Source of the DNA: Escherichia coli
Lineage (GTDB): Bacteria > Pseudomonadota > Gammaproteobacteria > Enterobacterales > Enterobacteriaceae
NCBI RefSeq assembly: GCF_003334815.1
Contig: NZ_QOWO01000001.1
Length of the DNA: 64,000 nucleotides
Direction: 5' to 3' (one strand)
The notes beneath the pieces were generated by a model. The model was not told where the DNA came from, did not search any database, and saw only the letters and a list, made by a program, of their open reading frames with translations. Below are positions 42,149 through 52,780 of this stretch, piece after piece. Both the position numbers and the translations under genes were made by a program. The stretch's first letter is position 1; each line of letters begins with the position of its first letter.

Positions 42149-42357
42149 AATTCACCCTTCGTCTTGCGTTGATTTTCTAAGCATGGCGCTCAATTTAACC
42201 TTGAACCCAACATATTTACAGAATATTACCCGCCGTGGTTAGCGAAAGCTGGCATTTGTTTTACTTTTTAGCCGCATAAAGTCAAAATTAAGCATCCGTT
42301 ACGGCTTTCTGAAAATCTTCAGCGGACCGGCGAGTATACCTGAAGAAAGGACGTTAG

Positions 42358-43335
42358 ATGCTTTTAGCTACGGCACTGTTAATTGTTGGTTTACTTTTGG
42401 TCGTTTACAGTGCCGACCGCCTGGTTTTTGCCGCGTCTATTCTTTGCCGAACCTTTGGCATCCCGCCGCTGATCATCGGCATGACGGTGGTCAGTATTGG
42501 TACATCGTTACCAGAAGTCATCGTCTCGCTTGCCGCGTCTCTGCACGAACAACGCGATTTAGCCGTTGGTACAGCCCTCGGCTCAAACATTATCAATATA
42601 TTGCTGATCCTCGGTCTGGCTGCGCTGGTTCGTCCTTTTACCGTCCATTCTGATGTTCTACGCCGTGAATTACCCTTAATGTTGTTGGTCAGCGTGGTGG
42701 CCGGTTCCGTACTCTATGACGGACAACTTAGTCGCAGCGATGGTATCTTTCTCCTCTTTCTGGCTGTGCTATGGCTGCTGTTCATTGTTAAACTTGCACG
42801 TCAGGCTGAACGTCAGGGGACTGACAGCCTGACCAGAGAGCAGCTTGCAGAGCTGCCGCGTGACGGCGGATTGCCCGTCGCGTTTTTATGGCTCGGCATT
42901 GCGCTTATCATCATGCCAGTGGCCACGCGGATGGTGGTTGATAACGCCACGGTGCTGGCGAATTACTTTGCCATCAGCGAGTTGACGATGGGTCTGACGG
43001 CAATTGCTATCGGAACCAGCCTGCCGGAACTGGCAACCGCAATAGCGGGGGTTCGCAAAGGTGAAAACGACATTGCTGTCGGAAATATCATTGGCGCAAA
43101 CATTTTTAATATTGTCATCGTGTTGGGTTTACCCGCGCTGATAACGCCAGGAGAGATTGATCCACTGGCGTACAGTCGTGACTACAGCGTGATGTTGCTG
43201 GTGAGCATTATTTTTGCGTTGCTGTGCTGGCGGCGCTCCCCGCAACCGGGCCGTGGTGTAGGGGTATTATTAACTGGCGGATTTATCGTATGGCTGGCGA
43301 TGTTGTACTGGTTATCGCCAATACTCGTTGAATAA
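42358..43335 (+). CDS. yrbG: CaCA-family cation antiporter-like membrane protein YrbG
   Basis: ORF track 325 aa; duplicated GTSLPE alpha-repeat motifs. Confidence 0.9.
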   Translation: MLLATALLIVGLLLVVYSADRLVFAASILCRTFGIPPLIIGMTVVSIGTSLPEVIVSLAASLHEQRDLAVGTALGSNIINILLILGLAALVRPFTVHSDVLRRELPLMLLVSVVAGSVLYDGQLSRSDGIFLLFLAVLWLLFIVKLARQAERQGTDSLTREQLAELPRDGGLPVAFLWLGIALIIMPVATRMVVDNATVLANYFAISELTMGLTAIAIGTSLPELATAIAGVRKGENDIAVGNIIGANIFNIVIVLGLPALITPGEIDPLAYSRDYSVMLLVSIIFALLCWRRSPQPGRGVGVLLTGGFIVWLAMLYWLSPILVE

Positions 43336-43348
43336 CTGGAAACGCATT

Positions 43349-44335
43349 ATGTCGCACGTAGAGTTACAACCGGGTTTTGACTTTCAGCAAGCAGGTAAAG
43401 AAGTCCTGGCGATTGAACGTGAATGCCTGGCGGAGCTTGATCAATACATCAATCAGAATTTCACGCTTGCCTGTGAAAAGATGTTCTGGTGTAAAGGGAA
43501 AGTTGTCGTCATGGGGATGGGAAAATCGGGGCATATTGGGCGAAAAATGGCGGCAACGTTTGCCAGCACCGGTACACCTTCATTTTTCGTCCATCCTGGT
43601 GAAGCCGCGCATGGTGATTTAGGCATGGTTACCCCACAGGATGTGGTGATTGCTATCTCTAACTCTGGTGAATCCAGCGAAATCACGGCCTTAATTCCAG
43701 TGCTTAAGCGTCTTCACGTACCGTTAATCTGCATCACCGGTCGCCCGGAGAGCAGCATGGCGCGCGCCGCAGATGTGCATCTGTGTGTTAAAGTAGCGAA
43801 AGAAGCCTGTCCGTTAGGGCTGGCACCGACCAGCAGCACCACCGCCACGCTGGTTATGGGCGATGCCCTCGCTGTCGCGCTGTTAAAAGCACGCGGCTTT
43901 ACTGCTGAAGATTTTGCGCTCTCACACCCAGGCGGCGCACTGGGTCGTAAACTTCTGCTGCGCGTAAACGATATTATGCATACGGGCGATGAGATCCCGC
44001 ATGTTAAGAAAACGGCCAGTCTGCGTGACGCGTTGCTGGAAGTTACCCGCAAAAATCTTGGTATGACTGTCATTTGCGATGACAATATGATGATTGAAGG
44101 CATCTTTACCGACGGTGATTTACGCCGTGTCTTCGATATGGGCGTGGATGTTCGTCAGTTAAGTATTGCCGATGTGATGACGCCGGGGGGAATACGTGTG
44201 CGCCCTGGCATTCTGGCCGTTGAGGCACTGAACTTAATGCAGTCCCGCCATATCACCTCCGTGATGGTTGCCGATGGCGACCATTTACTCGGTGTGTTAC
44301 ATATGCATGATTTACTGCGTGCAGGCGTAGTGTAA
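43349..44335 (+). CDS. kdsD: D-arabinose 5-phosphate isomerase KdsD
   Basis: ORF track 43328..44335; start trimmed to MSHVELQPGFDF (328 aa); SIS plus CBS domains. Confidence 0.95.
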   Translation: MSHVELQPGFDFQQAGKEVLAIERECLAELDQYINQNFTLACEKMFWCKGKVVVMGMGKSGHIGRKMAATFASTGTPSFFVHPGEAAHGDLGMVTPQDVVIAISNSGESSEITALIPVLKRLHVPLICITGRPESSMARAADVHLCVKVAKEACPLGLAPTSSTTATLVMGDALAVALLKARGFTAEDFALSHPGGALGRKLLLRVNDIMHTGDEIPHVKKTASLRDALLEVTRKNLGMTVICDDNMMIEGIFTDGDLRRVFDMGVDVRQLSIADVMTPGGIRVRPGILAVEALNLMQSRHITSVMVADGDHLLGVLHMHDLLRAGVV

Positions 44336-44355
44336 AGATTCAAGGATAAACAACA

Positions 44356-44922
44356 ATGAGCAAAGCAGGTGCGTCGCTTGCGACCTGTTACGGCCCTGTC
44401 AGCGCCGACGTTATAGCAAAAGCAGAGAACATTCGTCTGCTGATCCTCGATGTCGATGGCGTACTGTCAGATGGCCTGATTTATATGGGCAATAATGGCG
44501 AAGAGCTGAAAGCGTTCAATGTTCGTGACGGTTATGGCATTCGTTGTGCGCTCACCTCTGATATTGAAGTCGCTATCATTACCGGGCGAAAGGCTAAACT
44601 GGTAGAAGATCGTTGTGCCACATTGGGGATCACTCACTTGTATCAGGGGCAGTCAAACAAACTGATCGCCTTTAGCGATCTGCTGGAAAAACTGGCGATT
44701 GCCCCGGAAAATGTGGCTTATGTCGGCGATGATCTCATCGACTGGCCGGTAATGGAAAAAGTGGGTTTAAGCGTCGCCGTGGCCGATGCGCATCCACTGT
44801 TGATCCCGCGCGCCGATTACGTGACGCGCATTGCTGGCGGTCGTGGCGCAGTGCGCGAAGTTTGCGACTTATTACTCCTGGCGCAGGGCAAACTGGATGA
44901 AGCCAAAGGGCAATCGATATGA
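44356..44922 (+). CDS. kdsC: KDO 8-phosphate phosphatase KdsC
   Basis: ORF track 188 aa; HAD motif LLILDVDGVL. Confidence 0.95.
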   Translation: MSKAGASLATCYGPVSADVIAKAENIRLLILDVDGVLSDGLIYMGNNGEELKAFNVRDGYGIRCALTSDIEVAIITGRKAKLVEDRCATLGITHLYQGQSNKLIAFSDLLEKLAIAPENVAYVGDDLIDWPVMEKVGLSVAVADAHPLLIPRADYVTRIAGGRGAVREVCDLLLLAQGKLDEAKGQSI

Positions 44923-45494
44923 GTAAAGCCAGACGTTGGGTTATCATTGTGCTATCACTGGCGGTTCTGGTGATGATCGGCATTAATATGGCCGAAAAAG
45001 ACGATACCGCCCAGGTGGTCGTCAACAACAATGATCCCACCTATAAAAGCGAGCATACGGACACGCTCGTCTATAACCCAGAAGGGGCACTAAGCTATCG
45101 ATTGATTGCTCAACACGTTGAATATTATTCCGATCAGGCCGTTTCGTGGTTTACGCAGCCGGTACTTACCACGTTTGATAAGGATAAAATCCCGACATGG
45201 TCCGTAAAAGCAGATAAAGCCAAGCTGACCAATGACCGGATGCTCTATTTATATGGACACGTTGAAGTCAACGCACTTGTGCCAGACTCTCAACTTCGCA
45301 GAATCACGACGGATAACGCGCAGATCAATCTGGTGACGCAGGATGTTACCTCTGAAGACCTCGTCACGTTATACGGAACAACATTTAACTCCAGCGGTCT
45401 GAAAATGCGCGGCAACTTACGCAGCAAGAACGCCGAGCTGATTGAAAAGGTTAGAACATCCTATGAAATTCAAAACAAACAAACTCAGCCTTAA
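44919..45494 (+). CDS. lptC: LPS export protein LptC
   Basis: ORF track 191 aa; 4-bp overlap with kdsC. Confidence 0.95.
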   Translation: MSKARRWVIIVLSLAVLVMIGINMAEKDDTAQVVVNNNDPTYKSEHTDTLVYNPEGALSYRLIAQHVEYYSDQAVSWFTQPVLTTFDKDKIPTWSVKADKAKLTNDRMLYLYGHVEVNALVPDSQLRRITTDNAQINLVTQDVTSEDLVTLYGTTFNSSGLKMRGNLRSKNAELIEKVRTSYEIQNKQTQP

Positions 45495-46020
45495 TCTTGT
45501 GCTTGCCAGCTCACTTCTGGCCGCCAGCATTCCGGCATTTGCCGTAACCGGAGACACTGATCAGCCGATCCACATTGAATCGGACCAGCAATCTCTTGAT
45601 ATGCAAGGCAACGTGGTTACCTTTACCGGTAATGTCATCGTCACCCAGGGCACCATCAAAATTAATGCCGACAAAGTGGTCGTTACCCGTCCGGGCGGCG
45701 AACAAGGTAAAGAAGTGATTGACGGCTACGGTAAACCGGCAACGTTCTACCAGATGCAGGACAACGGTAAACCCGTTGAAGGTCACGCTTCCCAGATGCA
45801 CTACGAACTGGCAAAAGATTTTGTCGTTCTGACGGGTAATGCTTATCTGCAGCAGGTCGATAGCAACATTAAGGGCGATAAGATCACTTACCTGGTGAAA
45901 GAGCAGAAAATGCAGGCTTTCAGCGACAAAGGCAAGCGCGTAACAACCGTTCTGGTGCCGTCGCAGCTGCAGGACAAAAACAACAAAGGCCAGACCCCGG
46001 CACAGAAGAAGGGTAATTAA
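45463..46020 (+). CDS. lptA: Periplasmic LPS transport protein LptA
   Basis: ORF track 45442..46020; start trimmed to MKFKTNKLSLNLVLA (185 aa); overlaps lptC 3' end by 32 bp. Confidence 0.93.
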   Translation: MKFKTNKLSLNLVLASSLLAASIPAFAVTGDTDQPIHIESDQQSLDMQGNVVTFTGNVIVTQGTIKINADKVVVTRPGGEQGKEVIDGYGKPATFYQMQDNGKPVEGHASQMHYELAKDFVVLTGNAYLQQVDSNIKGDKITYLVKEQKMQAFSDKGKRVTTVLVPSQLQDKNNKGQTPAQKKGN

Positions 46021-46026
46021 TTCGTT

Positions 46027-46752
46027 ATGGCAACATTAACTGCAAAGAACCTTGCAAAAGCCTATAAAGGCCGTCGCGTGGTAGAAGACGTCAGCCTGAC
46101 CGTCAACTCCGGGGAAATTGTCGGTCTGCTGGGGCCAAACGGTGCCGGTAAGACCACCACTTTCTACATGGTTGTAGGCATTGTGCCGCGCGATGCGGGC
46201 AACATCATTATTGATGATGACGATATCAGTCTGCTGCCTCTGCATGCACGCGCGCGCCGCGGTATCGGCTATCTGCCACAGGAAGCCTCCATTTTCCGTC
46301 GCCTCAGCGTTTACGATAACCTGATGGCGGTACTGCAAATTCGTGACGACTTGTCTGCTGAACAACGTGAAGACCGCGCGAACGAGCTGATGGAAGAGTT
46401 TCACATTGAGCACCTGCGTGACAGCATGGGGCAGTCACTCTCCGGGGGTGAACGTCGCCGTGTAGAAATTGCCCGCGCACTGGCTGCGAATCCGAAATTT
46501 ATTCTGCTCGACGAACCGTTTGCCGGGGTTGACCCGATCTCGGTTATCGACATTAAACGCATCATTGAGCACCTGCGCGACAGCGGCCTGGGCGTGCTGA
46601 TCACTGACCACAACGTGCGTGAAACACTGGCGGTTTGTGAACGCGCTTATATCGTCAGTCAGGGGCATTTGATCGCCCACGGCACGCCTACAGAAATCTT
46701 ACAAGACGAACACGTTAAGCGTGTATACCTTGGGGAAGACTTCAGACTCTGA
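46027..46752 (+). CDS. lptB: LPS export ABC transporter ATPase LptB
   Basis: ORF track 241 aa; Walker A GPNGAGKT. Confidence 0.97.
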
Positions 46753-46799
46753 TAGGGTAGAAGTTTGCGACGTTTTAGCAGGAGAGTACGATTCTGAAC

Positions 46800-48233
46800 A
46801 TGAAGCAAGGTTTGCAACTCAGGCTTAGCCAACAACTGGCGATGACGCCACAGCTCCAACAGGCAATTCGTCTGTTGCAGTTGTCGACGCTGGAACTTCA
46901 GCAGGAGCTACAGCAGGCGCTGGAGAGTAATCCGCTGCTTGAGCAAATCGACACTCATGAAGAAATCGACACCCGCGAAACGCAAGACAGTGAAACGCTG
47001 GACACCGCCGACGCGCTCGAACAAAAAGAGATGCCGGAAGAGCTGCCGCTCGATGCCAGTTGGGACACCATTTACACCGCTGGTACACCATCCGGCACCA
47101 GCGGTGACTACATTGACGACGAGCTGCCGGTCTACCAGGGCGAAACGACGCAGACCTTGCAGGATTACCTGATGTGGCAGGTTGAGCTGACACCGTTTTC
47201 CGACACTGACCGCGCTATTGCTACCTCTATCGTCGATGCCGTTGATGAAACCGGTTATCTGACTGTCCCGCTGGAAGATATTCTCGAAAGTATAGGCGAT
47301 GAAGAGATCGACATCGACGAAGTTGAAGCCGTCCTTAAGCGGATCCAACGGTTTGATCCGGTCGGTGTGGCGGCAAAAGATCTGCGTGACTGTCTGCTGA
47401 TCCAACTCTCCCAATTCGATAAGACCACGCCGTGGCTGGAAGAGGCCAGACTGATCATTAGCGATCATCTCGATCTGTTAGCCAATCACGACTTCCGCAC
47501 TTTAATGCGCGTCACGCGTCTGAAAGAAGATGTGCTGAAAGAAGCCGTCAATCTGATCCAGTCGCTCGATCCGCGCCCCGGGCAGTCGATCCAGACTGGC
47601 GAACCTGAGTATGTCATTCCAGATGTGCTGGTGCGTAAGCATAACGGTCACTGGACGGTAGAACTCAACAGTGACAGCATTCCGCGTCTGCAAATCAACC
47701 AGCACTACGCCTCGATGTGCAATAACGCGCGCAACGATGGTGACAGCCAGTTTATCCGCAGCAATCTGCAGGATGCCAAATGGTTGATCAAGAGTCTGGA
47801 AAGCCGTAACGATACGCTACTGCGCGTGAGTCGCTGTATCGTTGAACAGCAGCAAGCCTTCTTTGAGCAAGGTGAAGAATATATGAAACCGATGGTACTG
47901 GCCGATATCGCCCAGGCTGTCGAAATGCATGAATCGACGATATCTCGCGTGACCACGCAAAAATACCTGCATAGTCCACGAGGCATTTTTGAACTGAAGT
48001 ATTTCTTTTCCAGTCACGTCAATACCGAGGGCGGCGGCGAAGCTTCCTCCACGGCGATTCGTGCGCTGGTGAAGAAATTAATCGCGGCGGAAAACCCAGC
48101 GAAACCGTTGAGCGACAGCAAGTTAACCTCTTTGCTGTCGGAACAAGGTATCATGGTGGCACGCCGCACTGTTGCGAAGTACCGAGAGTCTTTATCCATT
48201 CCGCCGTCAAACCAGCGTAAACAACTCGTTTGA
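46800..48233 (+). CDS. rpoN: RNA polymerase sigma-54 factor
   Basis: ORF track 477 aa; Gln-rich N-terminus, RpoN box [10 protein letters not shown]. Confidence 0.97.
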   Translation: MKQGLQLRLSQQLAMTPQLQQAIRLLQLSTLELQQELQQALESNPLLEQIDTHEEIDTRETQDSETLDTADALEQKEMPEELPLDASWDTIYTAGTPSGTSGDYIDDELPVYQGETTQTLQDYLMWQVELTPFSDTDRAIATSIVDAVDETGYLTVPLEDILESIGDEEIDIDEVEAVLKRIQRFDPVGVAAKDLRDCLLIQLSQFDKTTPWLEEARLIISDHLDLLANHDFRTLMRVTRLKEDVLKEAVNLIQSLDPRPGQSIQTGEPEYVIPDVLVRKHNGHWTVELNSDSIPRLQINQHYASMCNNARNDGDSQFIRSNLQDAKWLIKSLESRNDTLLRVSRCIVEQQQAFFEQGEEYMKPMVLADIAQAVEMHESTISRVTTQKYLHSPRGIFELKYFFSSHVNTEGGGEASSTAIRALVKKLIAAENPAKPLSDSKLTSLLSEQGIMVARRTVAKYRESLSIPPSNQRKQLV

Positions 48234-48255
48234 CCCAACCGATAAGGAAGACACT

Positions 48256-48543
48256 ATGCAGCTCAACATTACCGGAAATAACGTCGAGATCACCGAGGCA
48301 CTGCGCGAATTTGTTACAGCCAAATTTGCCAAACTTGAGCAATATTTTGACCGAATCAACCAGGTCTATGTTGTTCTGAAAGTGGAGAAAGTCACCCACA
48401 CCTCAGATGCAACACTGCATGTAAACGGTGGTGAAATTCATGCCAGCGCGGAAGGTCAGGACATGTACGCTGCCATTGATGGCTTAATTGATAAGCTGGC
48501 ACGCCAGTTGACCAAACATAAAGATAAACTGAAACAACACTAA
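48256..48543 (+). CDS. hpf: Ribosome hibernation promoting factor Hpf (YhbH)
   Basis: ORF track 48172..48543; start trimmed to MQLNITGNNVEIT (95 aa). Confidence 0.93.
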   Translation: MQLNITGNNVEITEALREFVTAKFAKLEQYFDRINQVYVVLKVEKVTHTSDATLHVNGGEIHASAEGQDMYAAIDGLIDKLARQLTKHKDKLKQH

Positions 48544-48660
48544 TTGTCCGGGCAATTAGCATGTGCATGGCGGTCTGTTGTGCGGCACAACGGGCCATTT
48601 GTACGGTTAATGCTCCGAGCCTGTTCCACTGTTTGAGTGGGCAGGTTCTTAGGTGAAATT

Positions 48661-49152
48661 ATGACAAATAATGATACAACTCTACAGCTTAGCAGTGTTC
48701 TTAACAGGGAATGTACGCGAAGCCGCGTCCACTGTCAGAGCAAAAAACGCGCCCTGGAAATCATCAGCGAGCTGGCGGCGAAACAACTTAGCCTGCCGCC
48801 TCAGGTGGTTTTTGAAGCTATCCTGACGCGGGAAAAAATGGGCAGTACCGGTATCGGCAATGGTATTGCCATTCCGCATGGCAAACTGGAAGAAGATACT
48901 CTGCGCGCCGTTGGCGTTTTCGTTCAGCTCGAAACGCCTATAGCTTTCGATGCCATCGACAACCAACCGGTGGACTTACTTTTTGCCCTGCTGGTGCCGG
49001 CAGACCAAACTAAAACGCACCTGCATACTCTGTCGCTGGTGGCGAAACGTCTGGCGGACAAAACCATCTGCCGCCGTTTACGCGCAGCCCAGAGCGATGA
49101 AGAGCTGTATCAAATCATTACGGATACCGAAGGTACTCCGGATGAAGCGTAG
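48661..49152 (+). CDS. ptsN: Nitrogen-related PTS EIIA-Ntr
   Basis: ORF track 48637..49152; start trimmed to MTNNDTTLQLSS (163 aa); phospho-His region GIAIPHG. Confidence 0.95.
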   Translation: MTNNDTTLQLSSVLNRECTRSRVHCQSKKRALEIISELAAKQLSLPPQVVFEAILTREKMGSTGIGNGIAIPHGKLEEDTLRAVGVFVQLETPIAFDAIDNQPVDLLFALLVPADQTKTHLHTLSLVAKRLADKTICRRLRAAQSDEELYQIITDTEGTPDEA

Positions 49153-49197
49153 TTATTCGGTAATGTCTCTTTTAGACGTTGTGAGGAGAAACAGTAC

Positions 49198-50052
49198 ATG
49201 GTACTGATGATCGTCAGCGGACGTTCAGGTTCAGGTAAATCTGTCGCCCTGCGTGCGCTGGAAGATATGGGTTTTTACTGCGTGGATAACCTTCCCGTAG
49301 TGTTGTTACCCGATCTGGCTCGAACCCTGGCCGATCGCGAGATTTCTGCCGCCGTCAGCATTGATGTTCGTAATATGCCGGAGTCACCAGAAATATTCGA
49401 ACAGGCGATGAGTAACCTGCCTGACGCTTTCTCACCGCAACTCCTGTTCCTGGATGCCGACCGTAATACCTTAATTCGTCGTTACAGTGACACGCGCCGA
49501 CTGCATCCGCTTTCCAGCAAAAACCTGTCGCTGGAAAGTGCTATCGACAAAGAAAGCGATTTGCTGGAGCCTCTGCGTTCGCGAGCGGATCTGATTGTCG
49601 ATACCTCAGAAATGTCCGTTCACGAGCTGGCTGAAATGCTGCGTACCCGTCTGCTGGGTAAACGTGAACGCGAACTGACCATGGTCTTTGAGTCTTTCGG
49701 CTTCAAACACGGTATCCCTATCGATGCAGATTACGTCTTTGACGTGCGCTTCTTGCCGAACCCGCACTGGGATCCGAAACTGCGTCCAATGACAGGTCTT
49801 GATAAACCTGTCGCCGCGTTCCTCGACCGCCACACAGAAGTACACAATTTTATCTACCAGACGCGAAGCTATCTTGAGCTATGGTTACCTATGCTGGAAA
49901 CCAACAACCGTAGCTACTTGACGGTCGCCATTGGTTGTACCGGCGGGAAGCACCGTTCGGTGTATATTGCAGAGCAACTGGCAGACTACTTCCGCTCGCG
50001 CGGTAAAAACGTCCAGTCACGCCATCGTACGCTGGAAAAACGTAAACCATGA
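49198..50052 (+). CDS. rapZ: RNase adapter protein RapZ (YhbJ)
   Basis: ORF track 284 aa; Walker A GRSGSGKS. Confidence 0.95.
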
Positions 50053-50321
50053 CCGTCAAGCAAACTGTTGAAATCACAAACAAGCTGGGCATGCATGCCC
50101 GGCCTGCAATGAAGCTGTTTGAATTAATGCAGGGTTTTGACGCTGAAGTGCTCTTACGTAATGACGAAGGCACCGAGGCTGAAGCCAACAGCGTTATTGC
50201 GCTGCTGATGTTGGATTCTGCCAAAGGACGGCAGATTGAAGTTGAAGCGACCGGTCCACAGGAAGAGGAAGCACTGGCCGCCGTTATCGCCCTCTTTAAT
50301 TCTGGTTTTGATGAAGATTAA
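50049..50321 (+). CDS. npr: Nitrogen-related phosphocarrier protein NPr
   Basis: ORF track 90 aa; HPr-like; 4-bp overlap with rapZ. Confidence 0.95.
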
Positions 50322-50467
50322 TCTTCATCACTTTGACATACAACTCCCTTCAAACTCCCCCCGACAATAAGAAAATCACGTACTGAAATCGTTCTCAATC
50401 AACGTCATTTGTACATTTTGTGCGCTTTTCACTTTCAGAAGAACCTTAAGAAAACCTTAAGAGGCAT

Positions 50468-50484
50468 TGTTTAGGTTTTGTTTA
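50468..50484 (+). promoter_or_regulatory. PhoP box in the yrbL promoter
   Basis: TGTTTA-ggttt-TGTTTA, a perfect (T/G)GTTTA-N5-(T/G)GTTTA direct repeat about 50 nt upstream of the ATG. Confidence 0.8.
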
Positions 50485-50534
50485 AGTTAATCGACCATAC
50501 TGGAGATCGTCAGAAAATATTTCCAGGAGATGGC

Positions 50535-51167
50535 ATGATTCGCTTATCTGAACAAAGTCCCCTGGGCACCGGAAGACATCGGAAATGTTATGCGCATCCG
50601 GAAGATGCCCAACGCTGTATCAAGATTGTCTACCATCGTGGCGATGGTGGCGATAAAGAGATCCGCCGTGAGTTAAAGTACTACGCGCATCTTGGTCGCC
50701 GGTTAAAAGACTGGAGTGGAATACCGCGCTATCACGGTACCGTTGAGACGGATTGCGGAACCGGTTATGTCTACGATGTGATTGCAGATTTTGACGGCAA
50801 GCCTTCCATTACGCTGACCGAATTTGCTGAACAATGCCGTTACGAAGAAGACATTGCACAACTGCGCCAGCTACTGAAACAGCTGAAGCGTTATTTGCAG
50901 GATAACCGTATCGTGACGATGTCGCTGAAGCCGCAGAATATCCTCTGTCACCGCATCAGTGAGTCAGAGGTTATCCCGGTCGTCTGCGACAACATTGGTG
51001 AAAGCACATTGATTCCACTGGCGACCTGGTCGAAGTGGTGTTGTCTGCGTAAGCAAGAGCGGTTATGGAAACGATTTATCGCCCAACCGGCGCTGGCTAT
51101 TGCCCTGCAGAAAGATCTGCAACCTCGTGAGAGCAAAACGCTGGCCCTCACTTCGCGCGAAGCTTAA
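50535..51167 (+). CDS. yrbL: PhoP-regulon protein YrbL
   Basis: ORF track 50478..51167; start trimmed to [13 protein letters not shown] (210 aa) with SD GGAG upstream. Confidence 0.9.
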   Translation: MIRLSEQSPLGTGRHRKCYAHPEDAQRCIKIVYHRGDGGDKEIRRELKYYAHLGRRLKDWSGIPRYHGTVETDCGTGYVYDVIADFDGKPSITLTEFAEQCRYEEDIAQLRQLLKQLKRYLQDNRIVTMSLKPQNILCHRISESEVIPVVCDNIGESTLIPLATWSKWCCLRKQERLWKRFIAQPALAIALQKDLQPRESKTLALTSREA

Positions 51168-51892
51168 TCCAGCTGGTGTTGTTGCATAAACGGCTCACCG
51201 CCTAACTGATACATCTGCCGTAAAATCCACGCCTGACGGCTACGCACGTAGCCCGATGGCGAGGAGACTTTGAAACGAAGTGGATTAGGTAATACAGCTG
51301 CCAGTAATGCAGCTTCCGACCGGGTAAGTTTGCTCGCGGGTTTGTGGAAATAACGTTGTGCCGCAGCTTCGACGCCAAACACACCGTCGCCAAATTCGGC
51401 GATATTCAGGTAAACCGTCAGGATACGCTTTTTGCTCCAGACCGTTTCTATCCCCAGCGTTAATCCGGCTTCCAGCCCTTTTCGAACCCAGCTACGCCCA
51501 TCCCATAAAAAGAGATTTTTGGCTGTCTGTTGAGAAATCGTTGAAGCACCGCGAATACGGTTTTCATTGCGCTCGTTGTGCGCCAGGGCTTTCTCAATGG
51601 AAGCGACATCAAAGCCCCAGTGCTCAGGAAATTTCTGATCTTCTGCGGCAATCACCGCCAGTCCCATCCACGGCGAGATTTGATCCATACTGACCCAGTC
51701 AGAATGTGCCACGTAACGAAAATTGCCATGCAGCCAGGCGCTGACCTGTCGCTCGACCATTACCGCTGAGAAGGGAACAGGCGCAACGCTAAACAACGCG
51801 ATGCCCCCGCCCCAGAAAACGGCGAGGACAACCATTAACCGCAAAAGAAAACGGCGAACGAAACTAAACACCGTTAAGCGGCTTTTACTCAT
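51164..51892 (-). CDS. mtgA: Monofunctional biosynthetic peptidoglycan transglycosylase
   Basis: ORF track 242 aa; N-terminal TM anchor plus glycosyltransferase-51 motifs. Confidence 0.95.
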   Translation of the reverse strand: MSKSRLTVFSFVRRFLLRLMVVLAVFWGGGIALFSVAPVPFSAVMVERQVSAWLHGNFRYVAHSDWVSMDQISPWMGLAVIAAEDQKFPEHWGFDVASIEKALAHNERNENRIRGASTISQQTAKNLFLWDGRSWVRKGLEAGLTLGIETVWSKKRILTVYLNIAEFGDGVFGVEAAAQRYFHKPASKLTRSEAALLAAVLPNPLRFKVSSPSGYVRSRQAWILRQMYQLGGEPFMQQHQLD

Positions 51893-52542
51893 TCAGCCAG
51901 AACCAGCACGCGGGAAACCAGCTTATCAATGCCGCTCGCCGCTTCTGCAATGTTCTGCGCCAGCATATATGCTGGGGTGGTGACAATCTTATTGTCTTCA
52001 TCAACCACGATATCATCGACAGGACACGGCACATGCTCCGCGCCCATCTCTTCCAGCACTTCTGCGGTATCGATATCAGTACCGATGGTCAAACGCAGCG
52101 GGAAATCGAAAATTTTCGGCAGCATCGCCGGGGCAATACACATAAAACCAAGCGGTTTTCCGGCCTGATGCATCGCTTGTGCCAGCGCCTTTAATTCACG
52201 GTCAACGGTGCATTCGCTACCAAGACTGGCAAAATTGCTTAAATTCTTCGCCGCGCCAAACCCCCCCGGCACAATCAACGCATCCAGTTCAGCGGCATCG
52301 GCCTGGGCCAGAGGACGGATTTCACCGCGCGTTATTCGTGCCGCTTCAATCAGCACATTGCGCGTTTCCGTCATCGCTTCGCCAGTTAAATGGTTGATAA
52401 CATCAACCTGCTGCTTATCCGGTGCAAAGCAGACCGCCTGCGCACCGCTGCGTGAAATAGCTAACAACGTCAACACCGCTTCATGAATTTCAGAACCGTC
52501 ATAGACGCCGCATCCGCTCAGAATTACGCCAATTTTCTTCAT
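51889..52542 (-). CDS. elbB: DJ-1/PfpI-like protein ElbB (YhbL)
   Basis: ORF track 51889..52551; start trimmed to [13 protein letters not shown] (217 aa); 4-bp overlap with mtgA. Confidence 0.93.
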   Translation of the reverse strand: MKKIGVILSGCGVYDGSEIHEAVLTLLAISRSGAQAVCFAPDKQQVDVINHLTGEAMTETRNVLIEAARITRGEIRPLAQADAAELDALIVPGGFGAAKNLSNFASLGSECTVDRELKALAQAMHQAGKPLGFMCIAPAMLPKIFDFPLRLTIGTDIDTAEVLEEMGAEHVPCPVDDIVVDEDNKIVTTPAYMLAQNIAEAASGIDKLVSRVLVLAE

Positions 52543-52659
52543 TGTGATCATCCTTTCGCAATTGACTGAAACACATTAATTTTTTTAATAAAAATGGTAC
52601 GCATCACACATTTAACTGATTCATGTAACAAATCATTTAAGTTTTGCTATCTTAACTGC

Positions 52660-52780
52660 GTGCGGCCTGAAAAACAGTGCTGTGCCCTTGTAACTCATCA
52701 TAATAATTTACGGCGCAGCCAAGATTTCCCTGGTGTTGGCGCAGTATTCGCGCACCCCGGTCTAGCCGGGGTCATTTTTT
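52660..52780 (+). ncRNA. arcZ: ArcZ (RyhA/SraH) Hfq-dependent sRNA, convergent with arcB
   Basis: Sequence GTGCGGCCTGAAAAACAGTGCTGTGCCC...GCGCACCCCGGTCTAGCCGGGGTCATTTTTT matches recalled ArcZ (121 nt) with terminal hairpin CCCCGGTCTAGCCGGGG plus T6; 3' end overlaps arcB stop. Confidence 0.9.
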
